This document shows positions 62,207 through 64,000 of a DNA stretch of 64,000 nt, one piece after another. The notes beneath the pieces were generated by a model. That model searched no databases. It was not told the origin of the DNA and saw nothing but the letters and a program-made list of their open reading frames with translations. The DNA is from Epithemia pelagica (taxonomy: Eukaryota > Protista > Bacillariophyta), in the NCBI GenBank assembly GCA_946965045.2, contig OX337229.1:1116001-1180000 (forward strand), in the 5' to 3' direction. Made by a program: the position numbers and the translations under genes. Every line of letters starts with the position of its first letter. The first letter of the stretch is position 1.

Positions 62207-64000
62207 ATGACAATGGCGAATAAAGGTCGACACAGCCGGTCCCCCCTCGTCTATCGTGGCAAGAATCACAACGGGCTGTCGCAACTGCCACCGGTCCGAA
62301 CTGGGACGCCACGATGTCCTTCTCGAGTAGTTTCCGAACGGAAGGTTCGCCAATCATGCAGTCGTCTCTCCTTGCTCATTGTGACGGTGTTACTTGCCTT
62401 CGTGGTTGTGACAGTGTCACGAATTTTCGTAGTTCACAGTCCTCCTGGCAATCCAGCACAGCCCCATTCACTCATAGATGGAGCCTCGAAGAAAAAGGAC
62501 ATGATCCTGACTCCTGCAGCATATCCACCACCAGCGAATACCAAAAAGTCCTTGCCACCACCACCGAGACCCCTGCAACCGCCCACGCCCTTCGACTACG
62601 ACGGTATTCCCGATCTCCGTCATAGTAGCAGCTCCTCCGCTGCAGACTCATTTGGCTCCAACCTTGTTGTTCGATCTCGTCGCAAGCAGTTTACGGCCGT
62701 CCCCGAACAAGCCTTGCATCATGTCGTCGTGCCCGAAGGCAAGGCAGACTCAACGATTCGAAGAATTTTTCGTGAGCAATTAGGTTGGATCGAAGTGCAG
62801 AAGAAAATCGCGGATAATTCTACTGCTGTAGCAGCTGTAGCAGATACTGCAACGATGTTTCAGGAATGGTACCATCAAGCACATATCTACTTTCGATTCC
62901 GGAAAAAAGGCAAGGACAAACACTTGGGACGACTGCAGCCCTATCAACGTTATAGTCGAATTCCTTCCTACTCGAATCGATGGGAAAGTAAGGATCGATT
63001 TTTGAACGGATTCCGGGAGTATGCAAAAGAACAAAGCACTGTCACCGGCAGAAGTACGGAGGATATATTGTGGTTTCTCCCTCAAACGTATCGGTTGACT
63101 GAGGACGAGGCGGATCGGCAGGCCTTTGTCGATCGCTTGGCGAGTCCTGGTGGGATGGATCAACCATGGGTACTCAAGCAGGTCAACCTTAACAATGGAA
63201 GAGGCATCGAGATGCTCCCGCCTCATTCAGAGGCACTCGAAACTGCCGTCGATCGGGTGGTGGCCAACAGAGGTGCCACCTTTATCGTGCAGCAGTACAT
63301 TTGCAACGAAATGACCTGGTTCAAGGGGCAGAAGTTTGACCTACGAATGTACTGGCTGGTGGCCAGTGTCGATCCGCTGATTGTCTTGTTCGAAGACGGC
63401 TACGTTCGTGCTGGAGCAACTTCCTATGACGAGCAAAGTTGGAACTCGACGGGTCAGCATTTGACCAACCACAACTTTCGAGGGGAGGATCTCGATGTCA
63501 CTCACAGACACTTGTGGAAACGAGTGCAAGAGCATTACGATCAACACCGAGAACAATTCCAAAGTGACGAATATGGAAACATTATGGATCCTGTCCTCCA
63601 TGTTCGAAACCAAATGAAAGCAGCAATAGGGCAATTGGCGGAGGCATTCAAGCCCGACATGTACGAGCAAGCCATGGCAAGTGACTGCAAGGTAGAAAAT
63701 TTCTTTGCCTTTTACGGCTGCGATTTTATCTTGGATGCCGATTTGAATGTGTGGTTCATTGAGGCGCAAGCTTCTCCTGGAATCGGAGAGTCCAAGAAAT
63801 TCCGGACCGTTATGTGGGAACGCCTGTTCGTTCCCATGATTCGGACTGTGGAAGAGATTGCGCTGAAGCAACAGCGAGACGCAACGGCAAACATATTGCC
63901 ACTCGAGAATCTAGGTGGTTGGGAAGTGGTTTATGCGGGAGACACTGCGTTTGAGTACAAGGGATATAAAAGGCGGAAACAGCATGTTCGATCCTGTAAG
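62207..64000 (+). CDS. Tubulin-tyrosine-ligase-like (ATP-grasp) protein with N-terminal signal anchor, 3'-truncated
   Basis: Manual translation from ATG 62207, open to the window end: TM LSLLIVTVLLAFVVVTV; FLPQTYRL, WVLKQVNLNNGRGI, IVQQYI, KFDLRMYWLV, GYVR, HLTNH, YGCDFILDADLNVWFIEAQASP. Confidence 0.88.
   Translation, partial: MTMANKGRHSRSPLVYRGKNHNGLSQLPPVRTGTPRCPSRVVSERKVRQSCSRLSLLIVTVLLAFVVVTVSRIFVVHSPPGNPAQPHSLIDGASKKKDMILTPAAYPPPANTKKSLPPPPRPLQPPTPFDYDGIPDLRHSSSSSAADSFGSNLVVRSRRKQFTAVPEQALHHVVVPEGKADSTIRRIFREQLGWIEVQKKIADNSTAVAAVADTATMFQEWYHQAHIYFRFRKKGKDKHLGRLQPYQRYSRIPSYSNRWESKDRFLNGFREYAKEQSTVTGRSTEDILWFLPQTYRLTEDEADRQAFVDRLASPGGMDQPWVLKQVNLNNGRGIEMLPPHSEALETAVDRVVANRGATFIVQQYICNEMTWFKGQKFDLRMYWLVASVDPLIVLFEDGYVRAGATSYDEQSWNSTGQHLTNHNFRGEDLDVTHRHLWKRVQEHYDQHREQFQSDEYGNIMDPVLHVRNQMKAAIGQLAEAFKPDMYEQAMASDCKVENFFAFYGCDFILDADLNVWFIEAQASPGIGESKKFRTVMWERLFVPMIRTVEEIALKQQRDATANILPLENLGGWEVVYAGDTAFEYKGYKRRKQHVRSCK

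Overview
Gene-dense eukaryotic DNA with short (about 70-130 nt) GT-AG introns, ASAF/AFS-type bipartite plastid presequences and a CoDi-like Ty1/copia retrotransposon, so almost certainly a diatom (inference; species not determinable). About 30 host genes are recognisable: DUS3 (partial), SDH4, anamorsin/DRE2, a histidine phosphatase, ARP6, SSU72, an ABHD17-like hydrolase, a sulfotransferase, ISWI with two HMG boxes, SEC31, a Zn-finger/TruA/2OG-Fe(II) fusion, an Atg22-like MFS transporter, a FemAB-like GNAT, MSH4, a RAD54-like helicase, eIF3d, an NPPY amino-methyltransferase, a small plastid membrane protein, a USP, a PEX13-like protein, a papain protease and a signal-anchored TTL-like ligase (partial). 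There are two mobile elements: a 738-bp non-autonomous TIR element with a 10-bp TSD (40238-40975) and an apparently intact 6.07-kb copia element (55557-61625). The most striking observation is in the copia element. It has no tRNA-type PBS; instead, the 14 nt directly after the 5' LTR are the exact reverse complement of a 14-mer inside the LTR, next to an initiator-like motif. This geometry resembles Tf1-style self-priming, but here in a copia element that also has an extra upstream ORF joined to gag-pol by an AUGA stop/start overlap and a Gag without a CCHC knuckle. All calls were made by eye, no searches were run, and exon boundaries are manual.
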